From: Kudoa neothunni
Taxonomy: Eukaryota > Animalia > Cnidaria
NCBI GenBank assembly: GCA_964304625.1
Contig: OZ199840.1
Location: 10,115,220-10,179,219, forward strand
Reading direction: 5' to 3'
Length of the DNA: 64,000 nt
The notes beneath the pieces were generated by a model. The model was not told the DNA's origin. It ran no database searches and saw only the letters and a program-made list of their open reading frames with translations. Shown here in pieces: positions 1 through 13,959 of the stretch (the first letter of the stretch is position 1; each line of letters starts with the position of its first letter). The position numbers and the translations under genes were made by a program.

Positions 1-1225
1 CTACTGCATGTATATCAATTTGAGTAGCGTATTAGTTCTCTACTTTCTTCTAGTCAAAGCACTTGACTCATATAAACTTGACTCCGGCGAATTTCCTTTT
101 CAGTCCAACGGTCAAACTGATGTTACCAAAATCCTTACCAGATTTTACGTGAAGGAGGACGGAACATGCGAAAAATTTTATTATAAAGGAAGTGGTGGTA
201 ACTCCAATAACTTTGGAACTGAACATGAGTGCATGGATCACTGTAAATAATATCGATTGTGAAAGATATTTATTCCGTATTTTAGTGAAAGAACTTACTA
301 AGTGGGAAACTCTCCAGGGATGTAAGGAAGGATACATTTCGAAAGGTCCATGCACCAAGACTGTTTCTAAATATGGCTATGAAGCTAGCACTGGAAGTTG
401 CACACGATTTGATTATGGCGGTTGTGGTGGGAACAATAATCGATTTGAGAATGAAAACGATTGTAAAATAGCGTGCGAAGGTAAAAAATCGAGGAATATA
501 TTATATATATATGTTTTCATAGTCGATAATGATAATAAGGCTCCTAATAAATATGATTGTGATCTTGCACCAAAATATCCAGTAAGTGACGAGGTTAAAA
601 TTGCAATAGTTAAATCACAAGACAGTTCACAAACCAAGTGTCACTACGCCATTGTTGATAAGGCGGAAACAAGAGGAATATTCCCTACTTTCAGCAAATG
701 TCTCTCAACATGCTATGGTATGTTTTATAAATATGCATATAATATTTTTTTAGAAGAATCTAATCTGATTCAGGCATGTCAGAAGGAAATACCAGATCAG
801 GATAATAGTAGTGGAAAAAATTTAGTTGTGAAGTTTTACTATAAGAAAACAGAAAAAGCATGTTTTACATTTCTTACAAGAGAAAAAAATTCAGGTTTTG
901 AGGCGTCAACAAATTATTTCAATACAGAGGAAGAATGCATGAGCTACTGTCCAGTTGATGAAGGTAATAATATTGAACAATTTAAATATATAACAAAAAA
1001 TTAGATAAAATAAAAGAGATGACTTATCATGTATCCAGAGATATCTGCAGCATGACAACACCACCCAGTGCATCTGGATCACTGACTGGCGTTACTAAAT
1101 GGTATTACAATAAAAGCGCTAGCACTCCAGCATGCGAAAGCATGACTCACGGGGGAATTGGAGATATAAATGGTCTTTTTGATTCTCTCGATGAATGTAC
1201 TACTTTGTGTGGAAGTAGTTCATAA
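1..1225 (+). CDS. Secreted penta-Kunitz protein, paralogue 1 (5' end outside the window)
   Basis: Phase-1 GT-AG introns of ~36-44 nt (e.g. 10-53, 243-285, 481-522) join five Kunitz-like exons in one open frame. Domain 2 is canonical: C..GPC..C..GGCGGNNNRF..C..C. Stop at 1223-1225. Confidence 0.9.
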
Positions 1226-1866
1226 AAAACGTAGACTTTTGTTCCTTTCATTTTTTTCATTTATATTTATAGAATTTGATATTTTATTTAAAAAAATATT
1301 ATTTTATTAAATAATGCTTAAATAACGTGACCAAAATTATAAAATTTTTCTAAGCTCTTCTTGGTAGTCCATATAATTAAACTTTATTAGCTAAGCGACA
1401 AGTATTTTTTAAATGCGAAATATAGAAATCTCCATATTAATTAAAATTTAGGCATGTAAACTAATAATTCTTATCTTAAATTTAGTAGTTGTGTTACTGC
1501 CAAAAATTAACAAGAATGTTGTAATCAAACATCATTGCTAGATCTAAGTTGTATTTTAGTTATTAATAACGTGGCAGGTACTTTTTATCATAATTATTAT
1601 TGTGGTTCTTTATATTATTTTACTATTTAAATTTATTCGTGAAAAATATTTTCAACTAAAAACGTTATTTTTATAGCTTCATTTGATTGTGTAGAAAAAG
1701 TCTCGTTATTTAAACGTTACGTATCGTTTTCTACAAAACCGAATATCTTTGCTAATTGAATTGAATGTTATATATTATAATTCGATACGGCAAGCAATAA
1801 TTTAATAAATGGGACTATTTTACAGTATGTTATGAATTTTGACATTTTTCGTTAATTATCGAATAA

Positions 1867-2760
1867 TTGCGCGGGATGGGAAGTTTTAGGAAATTATTCA
1901 CCTTAGAGGACATCGACGATGTAAAAGTCTTTGATTTTGCATATTTTCGTGAAGATAATTTATATACAATTTATGTTTTGCACCATCTTGGAACACTACA
2001 AAGCTACATGAAATGTTCGTGTGGCGCGGTAATGAAGATATCAACAAGAAAGTACAACCGTGATTACTACCAATTTAGATATGAAAATTGCCAAAAATGA
2101 TGCTCAGTAAGAAAAAATAGTGTTTTTGAATTATCCAAACTTCCTATATGGAAAGGTTTTCTTTTTGTGGTTTTCGTCATCCAGGACCTAACGGCTATTT
2201 ACGAACCACTACAATTTTATTTCAAAATAGAGTCATATGTCATTGTTTTTGAATGGAAGAGTATTATTCACGACTTAATGGCTTCAAAACATGATGAAGA
2301 ATCCAGAAAAATCGGGAGAGTAGGAGTTGTTGTACAGATCGATGAAACCGCCATCTCAAACAGAAAATACAATGTAGATAGAATATTGAAGAACCAGCAG
2401 TATTGGATGATAGACGGGATAGATGAAGATTATTACTGTTTCTTAAAAATTTCCCGTCTTAGAAATCAAAATGCTCTCGAGGGAACAATCATCCAAAATG
2501 TTGAAAACGGTTCGACAATATGGGTAGATGGTTGGGCTGGATATAATCGACTGGCCGATTTAGGGTTTGTTCATGAATAGGTGATCCATAAAAGGAGGTT
2601 TGTATCGAACGAAGGTGTTCATACTAATCGAATCGAAGCTACTTGAGGAGCTGTCAAACGCAAATACAGAAACGCGACCAAAAAAAGTCCGAGTAAACTT
2701 GCCGGGATAAATATCCGATTTATTGTTTAGAAATAAATATCAAAATAAGGAATTGAGCAC
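1867..2760 (+). mobile_element. Merlin (IS1016/IS1595-like, ISXO2 domain) transposase pseudogene
   Basis: Motifs VVQIDET, GSTIWVDGWAGY and GVHTNRIEAT*G, with in-frame stops and frameshifts. Confidence 0.85.
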
Positions 2761-3916
2761 TCTGTGTAAATGTGTAATGGTTTTATATTCAACCAGCGAG
2801 AATTACTCAGCGTCGCTTTAGGAAATTTTTGCATAGATACGTCACTTAATAATATTCAAAAAATATACTGAAGTTTGAAGTTAACCCATAGATGCAAAAT
2901 AACAAAAAAATTTTGAGTGACGTACTTTCATCGATTTGGATTAGCGAAAATTAAATTATAATCATTTCTGTGAAGGAAAATATCAATTCCGGAGTTCATT
3001 TAAAAATTTGGTGTCCTGGCACCAACGCTAAAGAATTTATTGTCAGTGTCGTATTTTTTTGCATGGCCGAATTATTTAAATCCCTTTAAAAAGTTACCCT
3101 AAACGTTATTTTTGGTCCAGCTCAGAAATTTTATGCCCCAATGTTTACGGGAGACAAATATATAGAGTTAGATGAAAATAGACGAAAATTAATTTTTTCT
3201 GCTCAAATTAATATCTTTTGGCCTGGCAAGAGTTTAATGCACGTTTTCCCTTAAACAGTCACAAATCAAGTCAACTTCAACATAAACAATTTAAATAATT
3301 GGGTGAAATAAAATTACAACCATAAGCATTGAATTTAATCAATGAAAGTTCAACATAGCGGACGATTTCAATGAAATCCACGGACATGTTGCTTGTGCTA
3401 TAAAGCTTCAATTTATCTGATGATCGCATACACAATTAATTCGCTATTAATGAAACAAATATAGACTTTTTCTCATATTTTAAACCATTAATAGAACTTT
3501 CAAAAGGTGTTTATCAAGTCAAATACGTTAAAACTCCACAAATAAGAAGTGTATCTGCATGATCACCTAAATTTACAGACTTAATTTGTATACAAAGTCA
3601 GATAGCAGCTGTTAATCAACATTTGATAGAGCATACAAAGGGGAAAATTAATTTCAACCGACCCTCATCATAACATAAGCCGATGTTAATCTCATTGTTT
3701 AACTCAAGTAATCCAATAAACAAATTTTGAATCGACAAAATCACCGTTTTCTAAACATATTTGGGAACATTTTGTAATGTTAAAACGATTTAAAGATTTT
3801 TTAATACATCGTGACATTAAAAAAATTCTTAAATGTCTCTATAAGGAAAACATTTTGACGCACGTGCGCACTTGTAGACACACACACGCGAACACTTTAG
3901 CTTTATATATATATAT

Positions 3917-4996
3917 CAGAGGTGGCTAAACCTGTCCAAATGGGGAACCAACTTTAAGGTTTCCAAAATTTTCAAGAGTCACAAGGCATTAAAATCATTT
4001 ATATACCTCTTCCTTATTTAAAACTTACATTTTGGGGAAATTTTGGTATATATTAAGATAAAATGGTGTAGAATTATAAATAATGTTTTTTAATTTTTTC
4101 TTATTAAGTTAACCGCTGGAAAATTTACTTATAATTTTTATAGGTTTAAATTAAATTAATATAGGTTTTCCAAAAAAATAAATGAGTCGATAATGATCCA
4201 ATAAAACTTTTTCTCTATGAAAAAGGTCACGAAAATTGTAAAATATTTTTCATATTTAATCATGTATCTTATTCTGACAAAAAATAAAATTAAATATTTA
4301 CGAATAATGTAATAACACAAGAATTTAATGTTCTCGAGTTTTTTAAGAAATTTTCTCTAATAGGACAAGTTTTTCTTGTTTCCACATTATCAATGAACTG
4401 GCGATAACCTGGTTCGTATGCTGTTAACGTTGTACGAATTAGTTCCGTCAGGTGTTTGTTTGTGAGGTAGGGATCCGCAATACCTCGATTTTACAAATAT
4501 CATCGTCGAATAAATAATTTCACAACAATAAGTTTTATCTAAGATAGAAACATGTTTGAGGAAGATTTCTTTTAATTTTGAATATTTAGTTTCTGGAACG
4601 TATTTCCACAATTCATTTAGTGGGTTGGAATTATGAATCATGTTTAAAGCCTTAATGAATGTTTTATTCATTCGATATCTATCAATTTGGTAATAGATAA
4701 ACGCTAGTTCTAATTGTATTTCCTAATGAAACTAGTGATAATTCTAATTTTCATCAAATAATATAACTATATGGTAGGTTGTAACTGTGTTTTCTAATCA
4801 AAAATATTATCTAGTTTAAGATTAAAGATTTAATTTCTTCGCCTGATTAAATAGTTAAAACATTTCACTTTGCTGAATTAACGTTCTGGTTGAATTAGGA
4901 AAAATATTACTAGAAAAAATTTTTTCAAGAGCCACACCATAACTTTCAAAAAGCCACTTGTGGCTTGAAAGCCATGATTTGGTCATCCCTGATATA
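3917..4996 (-). mobile_element. hAT (Charlie/SPIN-like) remnant
   Basis: Terminus CAGAGGTGGCTAAAC at 3917. Minus-strand peptide LWKYVPETKYSKLKE..TYCCEIIYSTMIFVKSRY resembles the hAT C-terminal dimerisation region. Confidence 0.7.
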
Positions 4997-4998
4997 TA

Positions 4999-6787
4999 CA
5001 GTAGGTAACCAATTTTCCATAACTTTCTGCGCATGTTAAAATTAAAAAATTTACTTATTTTAAAGAAATTCATTTCATTTATACATTCATCTCCTTTTAT
5101 CGAAATAATATGTTATTTAATGTTACTTTTATTTAAATTTTTAAAGACGTATGTCGTAATTTTATCGTCTTAACTCATTATTGAGTCTAGATAATTAATT
5201 CCCCTCTGTCGTGTATTTATTCTGCCTGTTTAAAAATTTAAATACATCTTTTTTTGATAAAAATTCTGCCACTCCTAAATCTTCAGTTTCAGAATCCGCT
5301 GATTCAACGATCAAAGGAGCAAGCTTGTCAAAGTGTTTTGATGTAGGCATAATGACACTCCCTTTAATAATCACGGAATTTCCAGCTGAGATTTATTGCC
5401 CAAATTAATATTTAATGAACGCTGGTATTTATCGGCTGCAGGAAACTCACATTTTCTGAATCAGTTAAATACAATATCCTTTGAAACATCGTCCCATTAT
5501 TTATAATTAGGAACAAAGTTTGAAGCATACCTTTTGAGGATGTGTTTATATCACAGCTAACTACAGCAACATGGTTTTCTACTAAACTGTTTTTGTAGTT
5601 TGCTTTGAATTTGAAAGTGATTCCATGGTCTAATAGTTGCAAAACACTAGTTGAATTTTTTGTAAGGAATATAAGAGAGATATTGGATAAATGAATTTAG
5701 GCGTGGCAAGTGACATTATTAAGAAGTAGTAAACTCTCTTGCACGTAGTTCTGAATACATTGTTAAAATTAGAAAGATATTTGTTAGATGTTTCCCTAGT
5801 CATCCATTTTTTCCTGCTTGATTTGTATTTAACTAGAAATGTTTTATTTAGCATTTTTAAAACAACATGGTTTTTGTGATTTCCAGTTACAAGAGATTAA
5901 ATGCAACCTCCAGACATAGATTCATGCCACAAAACAGTAACTATTTTTTTAGATTTTCCCCCCTTTGAGTTTTTTTCTCTCGACGAAACGTAGAATTAAA
6001 AACAATGGACCTCTATGTTGTTAATAAAATAGTGCAGTTTCGTCAAGGTTATAAATACAGTTATCGTTGTTACCTTTGACTTAGTGATTCATTTTAGATT
6101 GCCAACTTTCTACAAAATTTTAATCAACATAAGCAGCATCACCATAAGCAGTGATATGTTTAAATTAAATCATGATTTAAAACCAAGAAATCAATCATGG
6201 GTCATTACTGCGTTTAAGTTCAATTCTTTTGTCAATTGGTTTCTTCTATATATGATATCATGATCAGATAGTTAAATTTTTTTATCTCAAGTGATTCACA
6301 CAGTCATATACCAAAGTATCGAGGTCGTTATTTGAACACTGTTTAAAATTTTTTCTCTCTGAAGAAGCCAAGCCAGTTATAAGATAAAACTATATCTTTC
6401 TTCCTAATCAAGATGATATCTAGAGTAGAAATAGAAAGGATCTTAAATTTATTAAAAGTAGTAATTTTGCACTCCTGTTTAGTATACTTTAAAAAAATCA
6501 GTAAATTTATATTTTAGTTTTAGTTTTATTATTTCCTCATTTTTAACTTTTTCAGACATTATAAATGTAAAAAAAGGCACAACACTAAATCCGCCTAGAG
6601 CTGAAAAATTACGGAGAATCATTAATCGCTAATAATGTGAAAACCCCCACGTTTAAATGTTCAATTTTTAAAATTTTTGTAAATTATTATTGAAATCTAA
6701 AAGTAAAATCAAATATATGGTCTAAAATATTAAAACAATATTCTAATGGAAGAAAGTCCGAAGTTACCGAAACTCGGTTACCTACTG
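4999..6787 (-). mobile_element. Tigger/pogo DNA transposon, degenerate
   Basis: TIRs CAGTAGGTAACCAATTTTCCATAAC and the reverse complement CAGTAGGTAACCGAGTTTCGGTAAC, both flanked by TA. DDE_1 fragments VKYKSSRKKWMTRE and LQLLDHGITFKFKANY. Confidence 0.85.
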
Positions 6788-7088
6788 TATATATATAATA
6801 GATAATAATCATTATTTAATACTAATATTCCTAACTCAAGTAAAAGGTTATATTTCCCGCAATCTTAAAGATAACGTTAAATTATACAAAATATGTTTCC
6901 ATAATTATGAGAAAATCTATTATGATGTATTTAATAATATTTTAGGTTTCAATTATTTTAACGTATAAAAACACTAAAAATAATTATTCTATTCAGAAAA
7001 TCGAACAATAGTTGGCACCAAGTAACAAATAAGGATCTCTTTACATATTTCTTATTTAATAATAAATTTCTACTGCATTTTTAATATA

Positions 7089-9041
7089 CAGTAGTACAGG
7101 GATACTACGCACTTTTTTGAGACAAACCTTTTAGGTGCGTAATATCCCTGAAGTACGCAGTATCCATGTTAGCGCGTGGTCGTATTTTGTATTCAAAAAT
7201 TACATTTTCTTTCTTATGTTAATGATAAATCGTAGATTTTCATACAAAGTTGAATGTTAAACAAAAACAATAAATATCGAATAAGTACATTATAATTATT
7301 CTAAAATATGTACATTTTTTTAAATAGTCAGCTATTTTATCATTCGTTTACGAACCGTGTCTTATTTTACAGATGGAGAAGTTCAGTTTTATTTTACTTT
7401 CCAACACAGGTAAGACATGAATAAAAATATTTTCTCTTAATTTATTTTAATGCCCAATGACTTCATTCATGGAACTAATGATGCTAGTTTTTTCATAATT
7501 TTCATCAGTAAACGATTTATTCATTGCGTCGACTTCATTATTTATTGTGTTAACATGTTTAGCTTCTGGACCTTTAAATGAAGTAATTTCATCTATATTA
7601 ACCTGAACCTTCAGTTTATTTTTTCTAAGGATTTACTCCAATCGAAAGAATAATGCCTCCTGACCCACAAATTATTAACAAGAATGGTTTTTAAAACTGA
7701 TTTTGATTGTTCCTTCACTCATTAACTTCCATACTTCTTTCATCATGTGCATATCAAAAAGTAAATCTGGTGGATCATTATTTAAATTTTTATCAAAAAT
7801 ACTAATGGAATTAACAGCAACTTTATTTATCAAATAATTCGTCAGACGATTTTTGTAAATGTATTAAACACCGTTAATAATTCCTTGATCTGATTGTTGC
7901 AATACGCTGGTTGTTTCTTGTGGGGTAAAACTGAGTTGAATATTTGAAAAATTTAGCGTGATATGAGCTGGGATATTTTTACTTAATCATATGATTCTTC
8001 TTTTACAGTGAAAAGTTTCAGATTTATACCGTCGGATATTTTGAAAAAATAAAGTCTTCTTATTAGTTTAATAGGGGTGCGAGAGGTCTTATATTTTGCG
8101 CAAGCACTAAGGTTTTTCATTATTGCGAATTATTAATAAGAGTCTTTTTTCTGACATCGAGTAGATCACAACAATTGTTACTTCCTCTTCGATTTTGTTA
8201 GAACCGCGCAAATTTTCCTCCATTTCAAATGGATAAAAATAAATTAAATTTCACACAGAGATGTAAATTTAAATGATATTTTACCTTATTCTGCTGGAAA
8301 AATAGCCCAGTTTCATCCAAATTAAAAATATCATTTGGACCATAATTTTCGATCAATTTTAACTGTTGATCTTTCCAAGAGAAAATTATTTCAGGGACAG
8401 CATTCCTGGATTCACCTATGAATTTGTTATTTTCAACCCAATTCTCGAAGAAAATCCTTAAAACCAACCTTAGAAATTGTGTTTTAACTTCATATGAATA
8501 ATTATGTACCTTTTTAATTATATCATCCTGAGAGAGTTCGATATAACATGATCTCATTGGCTCAGTCCGCTCTCTAACTTTAGAATCTAAAATGTTGAAA
8601 TTATCTTTTATTGAAATTTCTTTGCTGTGATATAGGTCCCCGGTGTTATAATCTTCCAGAATAATGTTCTTTTTTTAATATTATGCTGTTTAAAGCAGAT
8701 TTCGATTTTAATTCAAATTTCTCAACGGTTTTAAATTTTGAGGCGCTGAATTTTTTAATATCACCATAATAGTTTATTATTTTTACTTTATTATCTAATT
8801 ATCGATACTTTTCATATTTCTTAAATGGGTACTAACTATGTCGTTGGATTAAATTGGGGGATTTTTAGTGCGTAGTAATCATGCAGTCAAATTTTCTCTG
8901 AATCTGGGTCATATTTTCGAAAATAATTTCGCTTGATTAAGAATTTTTAAGTATTTATTACTAAAAATAGCAATGCTGTGAATTTTTATTAGGAATCCTT
9001 GCCATAATATCAAGAAGCGCGTAGTACCCCCCGCACAACTG
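7089..9041 (-). mobile_element. Tigger/pogo DNA transposon, near full length, degenerate
   Basis: Imperfect ~26-bp TIRs CAGTAGTACAGGGATACTACGC / CAGTTGTGCGGGGGGTACTACGC with TA target duplication. Transposase motif YGPNDIFNLDETGLFF. Confidence 0.85.
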
Positions 9042-9388
9042 TACTTATTTTGGAACCACAAAATAAATTTTCGATAATTATTTTGAATTTTTATTATACT
9101 ATAATAATAAATTATTTGGAAAATAAATAGGAAAAGATTAGTTGATTAAATGACGTTATTCATTGTATTTAACTATTTCTAATATTTTTTTTTAAATAAT
9201 TTATTGACAAACATTAAAATACATGGGTATTTGATTTCTAATTCCTCTATTCAAGCTCATTCTCTGTTGTCACCTAATTCACCATATATGAATTAATCGG
9301 AACCAACTAAATGGCAACGACTATTAAATAATTAAGACAATACATAGTTAATATAATCTTGTTATTCGCTGAGTATTAATTTTTTACT

Positions 9389-10665
9389 ATGGCGAAACTA
9401 CATTTTCTATTTATCACATTTTCGTTGTTTTTCCGTAACATTATCACATGTAAATAATTTATGTTAAAATTTCAATTTCTCATCTCTATTTAGTCAAAGC
9501 ACTAGACTATTATAAACTGGATTCTGGTGAGTTCCCCTATCAAAAGGATGGTAAAATAAATGTCACCAATATACTCACCAGATTCTATGTAAAGGAAGAT
9601 GGCACCTGCCAAAAATTTTATTATAAAGGAAGTGGTGGTAACACCAATAATTTCGGAACTGAGCATGAATGTCTGGAACATTGTAAACGATAACGCTTGT
9701 GACGGATATTTAATTCGAATCTTAGTGGCTGAGCTCACTAAATGGGAAACTCTTGAAGGTTGCAAGGAAGGATATATTTCGGAAGGTCCATGTACTAAAG
9801 AGGCCGTTACAAGATACGGCTATGTTGCTAATTCAAAAACTTGTAATTCGTTTGAGTACAAGGGATGTGGTGGAAACAATAATCGATTCATACAAGAAGA
9901 TGACTGCAAAAAAGCATGTGAAGGTAGAACAATTTAAAAAAAAATTTTAATATTTTTTAGTTGATAATGAAAATAAGGCGCCAAACTCATACGATTGCGC
10001 TCTTCCGCCAAAACACCCCATAAGCAACGAGGTTAAAATTGCCATCGTTAAGTCACAAGATAGCACACAAACAAAATGTTACTATGCCATTGTTGATAAG
10101 GAAGAAACTAGAGGAATATTCCCTTCATTCAGCAAGTGTCTTACAACCTGCTACCGTATATTTTAAATAAATATTTATTTTCTATTTATTTATATTAGCA
10201 AATGGTCAGATTGGGGCTTGCTCAAAAAATGTACCCCATCAAGAAACTACTGCTAATGGAGACTTAGTTGTAAAATTTTACTACAAGAACACTGATCAAA
10301 CGTGTTTGCCATTCCTTACCTACCAATCATCGGATTCATTTAACCCAGCTAATAACTATTTTAATACAGAAGAAGAATGTATGAGCTACTGCCCAGTCTC
10401 TGAAGGTAACATTCTTTAATATAGAGTATATATCACTACAGAAATAGATAAAATAAGAGAGATGACATTTCGAATAACTAAGGATGCCTGTAATTTAGCA
10501 GCTGCTCCGACAGCGTCTGGATCGCTTACTAGTGTAACTAAATGGTATTACGACAAAACTACCGATTCTCCAAAGTGTACAAGCATGAGTCATGGGGGAG
10601 TGGGAGACACTTCCGGACTTTTCGATACTGAAATTGAATGCAAAAATTTGTGTGGAAACGTTTAA
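9389..10665 (+). CDS. Secreted penta-Kunitz protein, paralogue 2 (~350 aa, 6 exons)
   Basis: Signal-like exon MAKLHFLFITFSLFFRNIIT, then five phase-1 introns at the same positions as paralogue 1. Open frame after splicing. Confidence 0.9.
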
Positions 10666-12353
10666 TGAAAAGCTTTCAATATTTGTCTCATCGCCTTCAA
10701 CTATCTTTATAAATTGTAGTGACAGTCGTCTTACCATTAAATTCTATTGTCTTATGAACTCTCTTCCTTCAAAAATAACGAATGCATCAGTGATACAAAT
10801 ATTGCTAAAATTTTTTCTTTATCACATCAATTCATGTATTAAAGTAAAAAGTTTCTTCTTTAATATGAAGAAGTGTTAACATTATAATACAAATATAAGA
10901 AACTAAAGCAATATTTCTTTTTATAAATAAATGAATCTTAGAAAAATAATAATTCTTGTTTAGAGTAGAGTTCATGTATGATCGAAGTTAATTAACTATG
11001 TATACAATCAATCACTATAATCATTCTTTTTAATATTTTTTCTTCTCATTACCATAATAATCTACATTTGGTATCAATTTATTAAGTAAAATATCCCATC
11101 TTACAATTTTTTAAATTTATTGACGGCATCATACAGATTATGGTTAAATCCTTCTTAAATGAAAATCTGTATTGTGGTAAAAATATATTTATTACATGTT
11201 TAATAACTCACCATAACAATATGTATAATAATTCGACCCAGATAAATAAAACTTAATAAATATAATTTATGAATCGTAAGCAATTAAAAAGAATAATTCT
11301 AAGCAACTGTTCAAAACTTATTGATGGGATACCTCATTTTAATATAAAATGAAAAATGGCACAATGATTTTTTAAATAATTTTAATTTAGTATTAATTTT
11401 TTTTTATTCTGACTAATGTTTATACACTTTTTAGTGACAAAATTTTAAGTTTTTATGACAAACAGTTACACAATTGTATTTAAATAAAATTGCATATGTT
11501 ATTCATAATTATTATTAAAATGACTAATAGTAAAAACAATAATCAAACCTATTCGGAATAGATTAAATTGAATGAATACGATTTATTGTAATTTAGCGCA
11601 TTAAATAATGTTGCAGCAATTAATTTAGAAACTAGACCAATAAGTGGTAATGTAAATACTTAATATCCTCAAAATCCTGATATTTTTCACCTTAATTGGA
11701 TACTCGAGAACATTTATTTGCATTTAGAGATATTTTTATTTATTATTTGTCTTCGATACTTGAATACAGAAGGGGGAAATATTCATTTAAGTAACAAATA
11801 AATGATTTAATGAACGATTTTAATTCAAAGGTATTATAGTCAAAATATTTGATGAGTATTGTTTTCGTCATATTTTAAATAAACCTTTTTTTATAGTTTT
11901 ATAAGGACAACCAAAAGACAGTATACCTTTTTTATTTAAATTTACTTAGTTTATATATAAACTAAAAATTAGAGAAGTTGTTTAAAATAATATTTTGTTG
12001 AATAATAATTTAATAGCCGGAAAATTTGTATTTGGACAATAATTGACTACCTACTTTTATTTTTCAGATAATTATTATAATGGCAATGGAAACAATTGTA
12101 TATAAGAAATACAGTACAAACTAGATGGAATGTAAAAATGTGTGATATATTTGTATTAAATAACGAAAAGTGTTCAATGATAACATGGTCAGAGTTATTC
12201 GGGATTCTCGTATAGAAGATTATTCTATATTATCTACAGCTAAACCTTCGGTTTATAAATATGTCGGGAACTGTTAATTGAAACGATTTTTCATGAATAA
12301 ATTTCTTAAATAATTTCCGTAATCTTGCTTTTGTAAAATCCTAATTTTTCAAC

Positions 12354-13634
12354 ATGATAAGTAGTTGTTTTTTTTTCATTCTCAAATTACAACTTCTGGC
12401 TCACCGCACTGCTGCGTGTATTTTATTTTGGCGAATATATTAAACCTTGATTTTCTCGTAGTTAAAGCACTAGACTCTTATAAACTGGACTCTGGCGAAT
12501 TCCCCTATCAAGAGAATGGTTCTACGGATTTCACAAAAATTCTCACCAGATTTTATGTAAAGGAAGATGGCACCTGTGACAAATTTTATTATAAGGGAAG
12601 TGGTGGTAATTCCAATAATTTTGGGACTGAACATGAATGCTTGGAACATTGTAAATGAAATCTCTATTGATAATTATTTAATTCGAATCATAGTATCTGG
12701 TCTGTCTAAATGGGAAACTCTTGGTGGTTGCAAGGAAGGATATACTTCCTCCGGTCCATGTACAAAGGCAGTTGCTACAAGATACGGTTTTGATGTCATT
12801 TCAAACACTTGTAAAGCCTTTGACTACAAGGGCTGTGGTGGTAACAATAATCGCTTTGAGTCTCTCGATGATTGCAAAAAAGCATGTGAAGGTAGAAAAA
12901 TTTTTAAAAAAATGTAATTATTTTTTAGTTGACAAGGAAAATAAGGCGCCAAACACATATGACTGTGATCTTCCGCCAAAATACCCTATAACTGACGAGG
13001 TTAAAATTGCAATAGTAAAATCACAAGAAACTAGATATAAAAGGTGTCATTATGCCATTGTCGATAAGACAGAAAATAGAGGAATATTTCCAACGTTCAG
13101 CAAATGTCTTGAAACTTGCTACGGTATATTTTTAATTAGAAATTTATTTTATACACATTTATATTAGGAAATGATCTGGTTGAGGCTTGCTCAAATAGTA
13201 CGGCACATCAAGAGGTTACTGGTGGAGGGGATCCTGTTGTAAAATTTTATTATCACCCTGTAGATAAAACATGTTTGCCATTCCTTACCTACGAAAAAAC
13301 GGGATATTTTAAACAAAAACAAAACTCTTTTAATACAGAAGAAGAGTGCATGAGCTACTGCCCAGTCGCTGAAGGTAACATTTTTAAACAATGAACATCT
13401 ATCAATATTGAATTAGATAAAATAAAAGAGATGACAGTGAAAGTAGCTAAAGATCTTTGCAACTTATCAACCGCTCCTAAAGCGTCCGGATCACTTACTG
13501 GTTTAACTAAATGGTATTACGACAATAATGCCAACCCACCAGCATGTACAAGCATGACCCATGGAGGAGTTGGAGACATTTACGGTCTTTTTGATTCGGT
13601 TACAGAATGCAACGCTATATGCGGAAATGGTTAG
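12354..13634 (+). CDS. Secreted penta-Kunitz protein, paralogue 3
   Basis: Leader exon MISSCFFFILKLQLLAHRTAA, same 6-exon structure and Cys pattern, stop at 13632-13634. Confidence 0.9.
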
Positions 13635-13959
13635 CAGGAAGAGCACTCATCGCGAGCTTTATATTTTAGTTTTCACTGGAAATAAATACAACAATAATAT
13701 TTGTTAGCATATTTAACTATGTTAATGTTTGACGTTTTTATAATAATGGACGTTTTATTTAACAATAATAATAAATAATAATAGAATATTTAAAGAATAA
13801 AATATTAATATTCTCGTGACAAATTCGTTGAAATCTAAGAGAAAAAAGTTAATTCGTAGCCCAAATACACAGGCATTTAAGGAGAAAAGGCAATAAAATA
13901 CTCAAGTGTTAAAATGTAAGAAACAGTGAAGTTAGTGTCACTATAGTAAAAACATAATC

